Positions 37,030 to 46,082 of a stretch of 64,000 nt of DNA are shown here, piece by piece. Source of the DNA: Thermoplasmatota archaeon (lineage in GTDB: Archaea > Thermoplasmatota > Penumbrarchaeia > JASLWR01); contig JASLWR010000009.1 in NCBI GenBank assembly GCA_030740765.1, forward strand, positions 1,905 to 65,904, given 5' to 3'. The position numbers were made by a program, and so were the translations under genes. The notes under the pieces were generated by a model that had not been told where the DNA came from, ran no database searches, and saw nothing but the letters and a program-made list of their open reading frames with translations. Position 1 is the stretch's first letter. Every line of letters starts with the position of its first letter.

Positions 37030-37790
37030 AACCAAATAGTAGTAAACTACCAGCCCCTAAAGGAGCTGGCGTTTTAAGCGTTGTGCCGTTAATTCTAGGC
37101 AAAGTCTGTCAACGAAGTTTGGCCGATTAGGCCGACGGTCTTCCTTACCTTGAAGTATTCATAATCATCTCCTTGCCAGTGTTTACGTTGTTGTCTCTCG
37201 ATGTAGAATTGGACCATTTCGCCCGTGACTCGGCCAACGGATTCAAAGAAATAACCATCGGTCCAGAACTGATCGCCCCATAAGTGCCTTTTGATCGTAT
37301 TCCAACATTTCTTGCGAATCCAGTATGAGGTGTAGCCTTTCAATTGGCCTGCAATATATGAGACACTGTAATTCTTGCATCCAACTAAAAATACATGGGC
37401 ATGGTCGGTTCCAAATTCCATCGCACTTATTGATATACCCAAATGTTTTGCCTTCTCTTCCATCATCTCTCTACAAACGGCTTGAACTTCTGGATACTCG
37501 AAAACAGGGCGTCGGTACTTCGGTGTGAACTGCATATGGAAGTTACATCCTCCGAAACTGTGTTTAGCTCTCGCTAATCGATTCATGTTGTAGACCTCCG
37601 AAAACTATTTGAAAGCCTACACTAATACCGGTTTGCCTCGTGCCACGAGGCGCGCCGAAAATTTAGCGTTTGACGGTCAAGTAGACCTCCGTGTTAGACT
37701 TTCAAAACGGGAATGTCCTCAACCGGTTTAAATCTTCGGCGCCACAATTCATCCAGAGCCTAAAGGCACTGGCGTTCTTGTGGCTATTTT
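37030..37790. mobile_element. IS200/IS605-family insertion sequence (tnpA only)
   Basis: tnpA gene plus subterminal hairpins on both sides with a conserved CTAAAGG(A/C)RCTGGCGTT core: CCAGCCCCTAAAGGAGCTGG at 37050-37069 and CCAGAGCCTAAAGGCACTGG at 37753-37772. The ~0.75-kb size is typical of IS200. Confidence 0.7.
37095..37586 (-). CDS. tnpA: IS200/IS605 family Y1 (HUH) transposase
   Basis: HUH motif HAHVFLVG and catalytic Tyr region YIAGQLKGYTSYWIR. Confidence 0.85.
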   Translation of the reverse strand: MNRLARAKHSFGGCNFHMQFTPKYRRPVFEYPEVQAVCREMMEEKAKHLGISISAMEFGTDHAHVFLVGCKNYSVSYIAGQLKGYTSYWIRKKCWNTIKRHLWGDQFWTDGYFFESVGRVTGEMVQFYIERQQRKHWQGDDYEYFKVRKTVGLIGQTSLTDFA

Positions 37791-38250
37791 TAAGTAAAAG
37801 CACCACAATTATTAAAAATAATTAGCCGATATGCATCCACGCTTATAATCAATAACCAAATCCTTTATATATTATCGGCACCATTTCCGCTCGTGTTTGT
37901 CTCTTTCAAAAAAATCCTCTGGGATATAATAGGAAAGCAGTTCAAAATATGTGACTAAAGTAATATATAAAACGCAAGACGACCGAACCTTTAGATGATG
38001 AATGGTAAAATCCATCTGCGCTTGCCGATTTTCCCAGGAAATCAAGGGAAAAGGATAATCTCAGATCGACTGACGCCTGCCGATTGGTTCCAGAAATGCT
38101 GCACAGTTTCGTTTACGAAATCTAAGGTACGGGTGCATATAAAACACCGGAACGGTAGTGGGGATCCATGCAGATTCCATACGAGTAATAAATAATGAGC
38201 TTCATAACTATCATTGATTTCCAAGAATATGAAAAATTCTATTAATTCCG

Positions 38251-38295
38251 CTTTCTAGCCTATGGCATTCACTTCGAAGTGATCGATCTAGAAAG
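38251..38295. promoter_or_regulatory. nested palindrome upstream of the molybdoenzyme operon: CTTTCTAG ... CACTTCGAAGTG ... CTAGAAAG (candidate operator)
   Basis: Perfect 12-bp palindrome CACTTCGAAGTG (38270-38281) flanked by the inverted 8-mers CTTTCTAG (38251-58) and CTAGAAAG (38288-95), about 85 bp upstream of the alpha-subunit start. Confidence 0.4.
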
Positions 38296-38379
38296 TCAAA
38301 ATGACTGTAAGGAGAGGCATAAACATGGTAGAGATTTTTTAGGTTGGGGCGGCCGCTGAAAAATAGTAACTTATGAGGT

Positions 38380-41300
38380 GTGAAAATGTCCAAAAAGAAG
38401 GTAACACGGCGTGGTTTTTTAAAACTCCTAGGTGGTACAACCGCCTCACTTTTCATGTCCAGATTTATTCCAAAAGTGGTATTTGCCTCTGACAAATTGG
38501 AGCCCATAAAAAGTGAGATGAATCCCTTGGAGACTTATCCGAATCGGGACTGGGAACAAGTCTACCGTGACCTCTACTCCACAGATTCGAGTTATATATG
38601 GCTTTGTGCTCCAAACGACACACACGGTTGCCTATTAAGAGCTCATGTGAAGAACGGAGTTGTCAAATATATCGATCCGAGTTTTGGATACGGCAAGGCC
38701 ACTGATGTATATGGAAATCAGGCATCCTCCCGCTGGGATCCGCGGATATGTCCAAACGGCCATACCTACGTTCGCCGATGCTACAGCGATCGACGAGTAA
38801 AAGGGGCCTACATTCGTACAGGTTACAAGGATTGGGTTGATGCGGGAAGACCACGTGAATCCGATGGCCTGCCAAAGCGGGAATACTTCCTGAATCGAGG
38901 TAAGGATACTTGGGAGAATGTGTCATTTGATGAGGCCTATACGTATATTGCGGGAAGTCTCAAGAATGTGGCTGAAACATACACCGGTACGAAGGGGAAA
39001 GACTATCTTCTCGCCCAGGGCTATCACCCGGCCATGGTTGAGAAGACAAAGACCGACAGCGGAGAGTATGCCGGGATAAGGACCTTGAAATTCAGGGCAA
39101 GCATGGCATGGTTATCGGCCATGAGGTTCACCGGACTCTACCGTTTTGCAAACTCCCTAGCCTTGTTAGACGCAAACATAAGGGGAGTCGGCCCTGACGA
39201 GGCGACAGGTCCGAGGAGCTGGGATTCGTACTCATGGCACACAGACCTGCCGCCGGGACATCCAATGGTCCACGGGAACAAGACCATCGATTTTGACCTT
39301 TTCGCAGCCGAGTATTCAAATCTCATAACACTCTGGGGGATGAATTGGATTGCTACCAAAATGGTAGAAAGTCATTGGCTCACAGAAGCACGGATCAGGG
39401 GAGCGAAGGTGATAACCATCGCCACCGAATACCAGTCCACCTCGAACAAGGCCGATGAGGCGATCGTCATCAGGCCGGCAACTGATACAGCCTTCGCCCT
39501 AGGTGTGGCCCAGCACCTCATTGCCAAAGGAATTTACGATGCCGATTACATTAAAAAGTTCACTGATCTTCCCTTCCTTGTTAGAATGGATGACCTGACT
39601 CTTCTTCGGGCTAAGGACGTTAAGACTTTTGACCCGTATACTCAGGCAAATCTTTCCAATTACACCCAAATAGGAGGCACCGTTCCATCAAAGTTTATCA
39701 AGCAGGACAGAATGTACATATCTCAATCCCTAAGAGATGAATGGAACGATTATGTCGTTTGGGATTCGACACTTACATCTCCCAAGGTGATTACACGGGA
39801 TCAGGTTGGAGACGATTTCACTACTTCGGGATTGGACCCGGCCCTCACCGGGAGTTACCAGGTGACCTTGTTGGACGATGACGACACTCAAGTCGAAGTG
39901 AGACCTATCTTTGACCTGATCAAAGAATATGTTGATGATAACTTCACCCCTGCCAAAGCCTCCGAGGTATGCCGGGCTCCTCAAGCTGCTATCGAGGCCT
40001 TCGCCCAATCCATTGCAAACAACAATGGGAAAACCCTATTCACTGTGGGAATGGGACCAAACCATTACTGGACGAATGATCTTAAGGACCGGGCAATATT
40101 TCTCATTGCAAGCCTTACTGGTAGTGTAGGGAACTTCGGTGGAAATGTGGGCAGCTATTCTGGAAACTACAGGCTTGAGTTATTCAACGGCATCGGCCAT
40201 TGGGCTGCGGAGGACCCGTTCAACGTGGAACTGGATCCGTTGAAGCAGTCAGTAACCAAAAAATACAAAAAAACCGAATCAGCTCACTATTACAATTATG
40301 GTGACCGTCCTCTAGTAGTGGTGGATGGGGACGGAAAGGAACTCCATAACTTCACGGGGGATACCCACATGCCAACCCCCACCAAGACAACCTGGTGGGT
40401 GGATGCAAATTCCATCTTGGGGAATTCAAAATGGGCATATGACGTCATCGTGAACACTCTCCCACGAATCGAAATGATAGTTACAAATGAGTGGTTCTGG
40501 ACAAAGACTTGCGAGTACGCCGATATTGTACTTGGGGTTCCATCATGGATCGAACGGAAGATTCCGGATATATATGGCGCTTGTACAAACCCTTTCTTTC
40601 AGATGATAGTTCCGGCGGATATCGATTACATTCATGACGTCAGGGACGATCTGGAAACCTATGAGGGAGTTGCAAATAAGCTATCCGTTCTGACCGGTGA
40701 TACTCGGTTCAATGACCTTTGGAGCTTTAAGAACAGCGACGGCCGGCTTGATATGGCCAAGTATGGCCAGAGAGTTCTTGATTCCAGCAATACCTTGAAG
40801 GGGTACGAATGGGACAAGGTTCTCAAAGACTGCAAGGAGGGAATACCAAAATATGTCATGGTCCGAACAACACCCCGTGTCGGAGGATATGAACAGATAC
40901 ATGAATCCAAACCCTTTTACACTAAAACCGGACGTATGGAATTCTTCCGCGAAGAGCCTGAATGGAGGGATGCGGGGGAAAACCTTCCAATCTTCAGGGA
41001 GACAGTTGATTCCACCCACTACGAACCTGCCGTCATTGTGGATGAGGGGTCCAATCCTGCCATCCGGCCAATGGGACCTGCTGATTATGGATTTCACTTA
41101 GACCAGTTGGATGCCGAGACAAGACAGGTACGGAATGTGGTAAAAGGATGGTCCGATCTTAAAAACACCAAACACCCATTGGCAGTGGCAGATCCGGATT
41201 TCAAATTCATTCTTTATACTCCAAAATACCGTCATGCATGTCACTCAATGGCGGCATCCCAGGATTACAATGCCGTTTATTTCGGACCCTTTGGGGACTT

Positions 41301-41919
41301 CTATCGGAGGGATAAAAGAAAACCTTACGTTGGAGAAGGATACGTGGATATGAATCCGGATGATGCAAAGGAGCTGGGAATCGAGGATGGGGACTATATC
41401 TGGGTAGATGGAGATCCGAAGGACCGTCCCTATAGAGGGTGGAAAGAAGGGGACGACAATTACAAAGTAATGCGATGGCTCGTTCGGGCGAGATACTACC
41501 CCGGTATTCCGAGAGGCACAGCTCGATCTTGGTTTCACATGTATGGTGCTACTCACGGCAGCGTCGAGGGACATGAGAACAGATATGACGGGCTGGCCAA
41601 GAGTCCGACAACGGGCTACCAAGCTGCGTACAGGTACGGCAGCCATCAGTCAATTACCAGAGCCTGGCTCAAGCCCACACTTATGACCGACTCGCTTGTT
41701 CGGAAGAACGGTATGGGTCAGACGATTGGCAAGGGATACCACGTTGAAATCCATTGTGCCACCGGAGCACCCAAGGAGTCTTTCGTCAAGATAACCCACG
41801 CAGAGGATGGCGGCATCGGGGGTATTGGTCGTTGGGAACCAGCCGCCGAGGGCTATCGGCCTACTTATGAAAATTCAAAGATGAGCAAATACCTTGCGGG
41901 CAAGTATGGGGGTGATTGA
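38380..41919 (+). CDS. Tat-exported molybdopterin oxidoreductase catalytic (alpha) subunit, DMSO-reductase family type II (NarG/NxrA/EbdA-like)
   Basis: Twin-arginine signal (KVTRRGFLKLLGGTTASLF). Molybdopterin domains (IATEYQSTSNKADEAIVIRPATDTAFALGVAQHLI; GMGPNHYWTNDL...GGNVGSYSGNY). N-terminal FS0 region reads C-APN-D-THG-C-x39-C. Length of 1179 aa is in the NarG/NxrA range. Confidence 0.85.
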   Translation: MKMSKKKVTRRGFLKLLGGTTASLFMSRFIPKVVFASDKLEPIKSEMNPLETYPNRDWEQVYRDLYSTDSSYIWLCAPNDTHGCLLRAHVKNGVVKYIDPSFGYGKATDVYGNQASSRWDPRICPNGHTYVRRCYSDRRVKGAYIRTGYKDWVDAGRPRESDGLPKREYFLNRGKDTWENVSFDEAYTYIAGSLKNVAETYTGTKGKDYLLAQGYHPAMVEKTKTDSGEYAGIRTLKFRASMAWLSAMRFTGLYRFANSLALLDANIRGVGPDEATGPRSWDSYSWHTDLPPGHPMVHGNKTIDFDLFAAEYSNLITLWGMNWIATKMVESHWLTEARIRGAKVITIATEYQSTSNKADEAIVIRPATDTAFALGVAQHLIAKGIYDADYIKKFTDLPFLVRMDDLTLLRAKDVKTFDPYTQANLSNYTQIGGTVPSKFIKQDRMYISQSLRDEWNDYVVWDSTLTSPKVITRDQVGDDFTTSGLDPALTGSYQVTLLDDDDTQVEVRPIFDLIKEYVDDNFTPAKASEVCRAPQAAIEAFAQSIANNNGKTLFTVGMGPNHYWTNDLKDRAIFLIASLTGSVGNFGGNVGSYSGNYRLELFNGIGHWAAEDPFNVELDPLKQSVTKKYKKTESAHYYNYGDRPLVVVDGDGKELHNFTGDTHMPTPTKTTWWVDANSILGNSKWAYDVIVNTLPRIEMIVTNEWFWTKTCEYADIVLGVPSWIERKIPDIYGACTNPFFQMIVPADIDYIHDVRDDLETYEGVANKLSVLTGDTRFNDLWSFKNSDGRLDMAKYGQRVLDSSNTLKGYEWDKVLKDCKEGIPKYVMVRTTPRVGGYEQIHESKPFYTKTGRMEFFREEPEWRDAGENLPIFRETVDSTHYEPAVIVDEGSNPAIRPMGPADYGFHLDQLDAETRQVRNVVKGWSDLKNTKHPLAVADPDFKFILYTPKYRHACHSMAASQDYNAVYFGPFGDFYRRDKRKPYVGEGYVDMNPDDAKELGIEDGDYIWVDGDPKDRPYRGWKEGDDNYKVMRWLVRARYYPGIPRGTARSWFHMYGATHGSVEGHENRYDGLAKSPTTGYQAAYRYGSHQSITRAWLKPTLMTDSLVRKNGMGQTIGKGYHVEIHCATGAPKESFVKITHAEDGGIGGIGRWEPAAEGYRPTYENSKMSKYLAGKYGGD

Positions 41920-41921
41920 TC

Positions 41922-43070
41922 ATGGTCGATGTGTGGAATTGGCAGCTCAATCGGAAGATGGAATACAAGTATGATGAGACTCGGCCTTCCAAACAGGTCA
42001 GCGCTGTTTTCGACATTAACAAATGCATTGCATGCCAGACCTGCACTATGGCATGTAAAACCACCTGGACATCCGGGAAGGGTGAGGAGTATATGTTCTG
42101 GAATAGTGTCGAAACAAAGCCCTGGGGCTCCTATCCCATGGGGTGGGACGTAAGAATTCTCGATAAGCTCGGCTCGCAGCCATGGGACACTAACACCGAT
42201 CCCGTAACCTTTTCAGGTAAAACCATCTTCGAAAAAGTTCCGGAGGGTGAGGAGGTTGAAGGATGGCGCCCCGACGATATGGACTGGGCTTATCCGAACC
42301 GGGGCGAGGATGAGACCAACGAGATCATTGACAAGTCAAAGTACCACCTGACACTTCCCCATGCAATATGGAACTTCTATCTGGCTCGGATATGTATGCA
42401 CTGCACATATCCGGCTTGCGTCGCCGCTTGTCCTCGAAAAGCAATCTATAAGCGGAAAGAAGACGGGATCGTTCTCATCGACCAGAAGCGGTGCAGGGGG
42501 TACCGGGAGTGTGTACGAGCATGTCCGTATAAACGTTCCATGTACAACCACGTCACCCGAATATCGGAGAAATGCATCTTCTGCTATCCCGCGGTGGAGG
42601 AGGGGATTTGGCCCCGGTGCATGCGTAACTGTGTCGGTAAGATCCGCCTCGTCGGGTATGTTAACAAACCGGAAGATTCGGACCCCAAAAACCCCATAGA
42701 CTTCCTTGTACACGAAAAGAAGGTCGCACTCCCCCTTTATCCACAATTGGGAACCGAGCCAAATATATACTATATCCCTCCAATTCATTCGGATGCCAAG
42801 TTCTTGAAACAGATGTTTGGTCCCGGGGTTGATAATGCTGTCAAGATATATAAGAACATGCGGAACGGGAACGAACCCGAACTCAGAGGTGTTCTTCTCT
42901 TATGCACGAGCACGGACAAGATTTTAGGAAAGTTTGCAATCCGTTCGGACGAGGCCATCGGATACGATACGGATGGGAATGAGGTAGCGCGTCTCCCCTT
43001 GGTGGAGTCGCAGATCAGACGGGTCTTCCACGACTCGGAAAGGGAGGTCTACCGGCACAATATCACGTAG
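41922..43070 (+). CDS. iron-sulfur (beta) subunit, NarH/NxrB/EbdB-like four-cluster ferredoxin
   Basis: Cys motifs CIACQTCTMACK, CMHCTYPACVAACP, CRGYRECVRACP, CIFCYP...C. Translationally coupled (overlap) to the alpha subunit. Confidence 0.85.
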   Translation: MVDVWNWQLNRKMEYKYDETRPSKQVSAVFDINKCIACQTCTMACKTTWTSGKGEEYMFWNSVETKPWGSYPMGWDVRILDKLGSQPWDTNTDPVTFSGKTIFEKVPEGEEVEGWRPDDMDWAYPNRGEDETNEIIDKSKYHLTLPHAIWNFYLARICMHCTYPACVAACPRKAIYKRKEDGIVLIDQKRCRGYRECVRACPYKRSMYNHVTRISEKCIFCYPAVEEGIWPRCMRNCVGKIRLVGYVNKPEDSDPKNPIDFLVHEKKVALPLYPQLGTEPNIYYIPPIHSDAKFLKQMFGPGVDNAVKIYKNMRNGNEPELRGVLLLCTSTDKILGKFAIRSDEAIGYDTDGNEVARLPLVESQIRRVFHDSEREVYRHNIT

Positions 43071-43082
43071 GGAGGTGAAAGG

Positions 43083-44270
43083 ATGATCAAGAATAAAAAA
43101 ACCGTTATTATGTTTGTTATCACTCTATCTATCGTCCTCACGGTGCTCCAATATCAGGGTATTGTCCCGGGAACCTCGGACTCCGGAACTGAACTGAGAT
43201 CGGTCTATACGGAAGAGGATATCCCGGCCACAGACCCCGAATCAAGTTTATGGGATGAAGCCACATCCATCACAGTACCTATTTCAGGCCAGACAAGTAC
43301 CAATCCAAAACGGCTCTTGCCATCAGTGGAGTCCGTCCGTATCAAGTCCCTTAACAACGGCACCCACATCGCTTTTCGGATCACCTGGAATGACGCGGTC
43401 AAGAACAGCAAGACCACCAAGAATCAGGAGTTCCGTGACGCTCTTGCCATCCAGATCGCAGACAAGGGCTCCATCCCATTCGTCTGTATGGGATCTGCCG
43501 CAACCGGTACCACAAGAATGCATATTATGCAGTGGAAGTCCGATTGGCAGAGGGATATTGAAGAAGGGTTCCAGGATCTCGAGGACTCATTCCCCAACTT
43601 CTGGGTGGATTATTACCCCTATGCTGTGGGAGAGCCTCCTTATAGGGTTCCCGAGGACTTCCCCGGGAACGCAAGTCTCTACCTGCCCGGTTATCACGTG
43701 GGAAACCCATTCTCCGATCCATTGAAGGTCACTTCTGTGGAGGATGCCATAGCCGATGGTTACTCGACCATCACAACTCAAGCGATCCAGAACGCGGTTG
43801 GCCGCGGGGTCTGGAAGAACGGTACATGGAGCGTTGTGATCTCCAGGGCCTTGGACACCGGGGACCATGACGATACTGTGATCAAGGAGGATAATATCCT
43901 CGCCTTCGCCGTATGGGACGGGGAGAGCCAAGATGTGGGAGCGCGGAAGTCGGTCAGTAGCTGGGTCACCCTCAAGACCCGCGGTAAGACCAAAGAAGAA
44001 AATCCCCCATATGTTGCTCAGATCTGTATTCTGATATTGTATGTGATCGCTCTATTGGCTATCATCGGCCTCATTGGATTTGGACTGAAGCGAAAGAAAA
44101 AAGGGAAGGTCTCCAAGGAAGAAGGGGAGGCAACTGAGGATAAACCCGATTTAAAAGAAGAGGAGCAACCCAAGAAAACCGGGGAAGGTAAAAAGAAGAA
44201 GGTGGGACACTCTCAGAAGAAATCTCAGAAGAATAAGGTTAGCCCTGCAAAAAAGAGAAAAGGAGGTTGA
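43083..44270 (+). CDS. heme-b (gamma) subunit, ethylbenzene-dehydrogenase-gamma / NxrC-like (EB_dh domain) with a C-terminal TM anchor and Lys-rich tail
   Basis: N-terminal signal/TM, EB_dh-like beta-sandwich region (ITVPISGQ...IAFRITWND...AFAVWDGESQD), C-terminal TM (ICILILYVIALLAIIGLIGFGL) and a K/E-rich tail. Confidence 0.7.
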   Translation: MIKNKKTVIMFVITLSIVLTVLQYQGIVPGTSDSGTELRSVYTEEDIPATDPESSLWDEATSITVPISGQTSTNPKRLLPSVESVRIKSLNNGTHIAFRITWNDAVKNSKTTKNQEFRDALAIQIADKGSIPFVCMGSAATGTTRMHIMQWKSDWQRDIEEGFQDLEDSFPNFWVDYYPYAVGEPPYRVPEDFPGNASLYLPGYHVGNPFSDPLKVTSVEDAIADGYSTITTQAIQNAVGRGVWKNGTWSVVISRALDTGDHDDTVIKEDNILAFAVWDGESQDVGARKSVSSWVTLKTRGKTKEENPPYVAQICILILYVIALLAIIGLIGFGLKRKKKGKVSKEEGEATEDKPDLKEEEQPKKTGEGKKKKVGHSQKKSQKNKVSPAKKRKGG

Positions 44271-44276
44271 AGGAAG

Positions 44277-44990
44277 ATGACGGAAATAGATGATCATGTA
44301 CATGAATGCGAGATCTCTTTCACCAGATCCCAGGTGTACGGTCTCCTCGCCAGGATTTTCTCCAGTTCCGATCAGGTTCTTGATAACACCTTACTGCGGG
44401 ATCTCGGCCGAGTCACTTCCGAAACCTCGGATTACGTGGAATTGGACGATGATTTGACGCGCATAAAAGAGGCAATCCGCGCTATCGCCCCGACAGTAAG
44501 GGAAATGAACCAAGAATATACCCGCCTCTTTTCCAAGGGAGAGGCCCCCCCTTACGAATGCTCTTACGTACCCTCATCCAGGGTCACACATGAACTTGCT
44601 GATATCTCGGGTTTCTTTTTAGCTTTCGGCGTTCAACCAAAGGGGGAGCGCCAGGATAATCTCAGCAGCGAACTCGAGTTCATGTCCTTCCTGTGTCTTA
44701 AAGAATCCATCGCCCAATCCAACCAGATGCTGGAGGAGGCCAAGATATGCCGCGATGCACAAACCAAGTTTCTCACCGACCACCTAGGCAGGTGGATCGG
44801 CGTCTACCACCGCCTTGTAACAGACAAGACTAACTTCCCGATCTATCCCCTGTTGGTGGGTCTCGTTCATAAGATAGTCACACGGGACGCTTCATATCTG
44901 GGGGCCCGAATCGACGAAATCATAGAGGTGCCAATAGATGAGGCCCAAGACCTACCTGGATGCGGGATCGGCTCGAACTCGATATGCTAA
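44277..44990 (+). CDS. TorD/DmsD/NarJ-family redox-enzyme maturation chaperone (delta subunit)
   Basis: TorD-like signature (YTRLFSKGEAPPYECSY...LDHLG-like HLGRWIG). Confidence 0.75.
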   Translation: MTEIDDHVHECEISFTRSQVYGLLARIFSSSDQVLDNTLLRDLGRVTSETSDYVELDDDLTRIKEAIRAIAPTVREMNQEYTRLFSKGEAPPYECSYVPSSRVTHELADISGFFLAFGVQPKGERQDNLSSELEFMSFLCLKESIAQSNQMLEEAKICRDAQTKFLTDHLGRWIGVYHRLVTDKTNFPIYPLLVGLVHKIVTRDASYLGARIDEIIEVPIDEAQDLPGCGIGSNSIC

Positions 44991-45018
44991 TCTGCTTCCG
45001 GTATTTGTAAAGCTTTTG

Positions 45019-45990
45019 ATGATCTCTGCCCTAGTAGAGTTCATCATCCTTCGGGGTCTCAACAGGATGGCGGACCTCTATCCTTGGTGGATGAAGAGGG
45101 GCGGTACTGCCATAATGGTATTCATGGGAAACATCGCTTACAATTTAGCCTTCATAACATCAATAACGGTCGTTCTCATTATAGCTTATGTCTTTTGGAA
45201 CAAGGAAAAAAGACTATCACTGTTCCTGTTAATATGGGTCACGGTTCTCATTGGTGTCTCGGTCATCGGGTCGTGGATCGAGCTGATAGTGTTATTGGGC
45301 AGCATCACGGCGATCCTTCTCCTGTTTACCCTTGTGATGCGGAAGTCGCACAGGATTTTTTTCTCCCAAGGACATGAAACATTAGATACCGAAGCATCGG
45401 GAAAAATTCATCGTGGTGCGCTTCTACTGTTTTTTCTTTTCATCCTTATCGCATACCTCAGTGCTTTATACCTACACATAGGAAACGATCTCGCAAATCT
45501 GGGTTTGTCCCCTCCCGGAAGGACCGGGGTATATGGGATTGGAGAGGTCTTCGCTGTCGCATCGGCATTCCTGGCCTTGGTGGCGTTCTGGCGGAGGCCT
45601 CGCTTAGTCGATCTGGTCCTTCCGACCATAGTGGTCGGTGGTATGTTGACGTTCGCATTCTTACGCTCCGACATCTTACCCCTGGTGACCATGTGGTCAT
45701 TGGGTTTCCAGTTTTACCTGTTCCTACCGATCTATATTGGGGCCCTCTGGTGTTACCTTCTCACCTTATTTCTCCTCGTGCGCAGCAAGGGACGGAGAAA
45801 GTACCTCGTACCCGGCCTTTTGCTCATAGCTATCAGTGGACGCATGTTGAACGATTTCTATCTCATACAGATGGCAATGGTCGGTGTGCTCCTCCTCACC
45901 TTGGCCGACGACTTGGTCGAGTTTACCCTTGATACGAAAAGAAAATTGGTGCCAATGAAAATGGTTGAACATGGCCACCCGACCCGGTAA
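45019..45990 (+). CDS. polytopic membrane protein of unknown function (about 8 TM), last gene of the molybdoenzyme operon
   Basis: Multi-TM ORF overlapping the end of the chaperone gene. Start chosen at an internal Met to minimise overlap. No known quinol-oxidase motifs recognised. Confidence 0.45.
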   Translation: MISALVEFIILRGLNRMADLYPWWMKRGGTAIMVFMGNIAYNLAFITSITVVLIIAYVFWNKEKRLSLFLLIWVTVLIGVSVIGSWIELIVLLGSITAILLLFTLVMRKSHRIFFSQGHETLDTEASGKIHRGALLLFFLFILIAYLSALYLHIGNDLANLGLSPPGRTGVYGIGEVFAVASAFLALVAFWRRPRLVDLVLPTIVVGGMLTFAFLRSDILPLVTMWSLGFQFYLFLPIYIGALWCYLLTLFLLVRSKGRRKYLVPGLLLIAISGRMLNDFYLIQMAMVGVLLLTLADDLVEFTLDTKRKLVPMKMVEHGHPTR

Positions 45991-46082
45991 ACAGTGTTCC
46001 CTGAAAAATAAAAAACGATTCCCACCTATTATTTAAGGGAATTTACTAAAAAACAATTGACAGGAAGAAAAGAGGATGTTCT

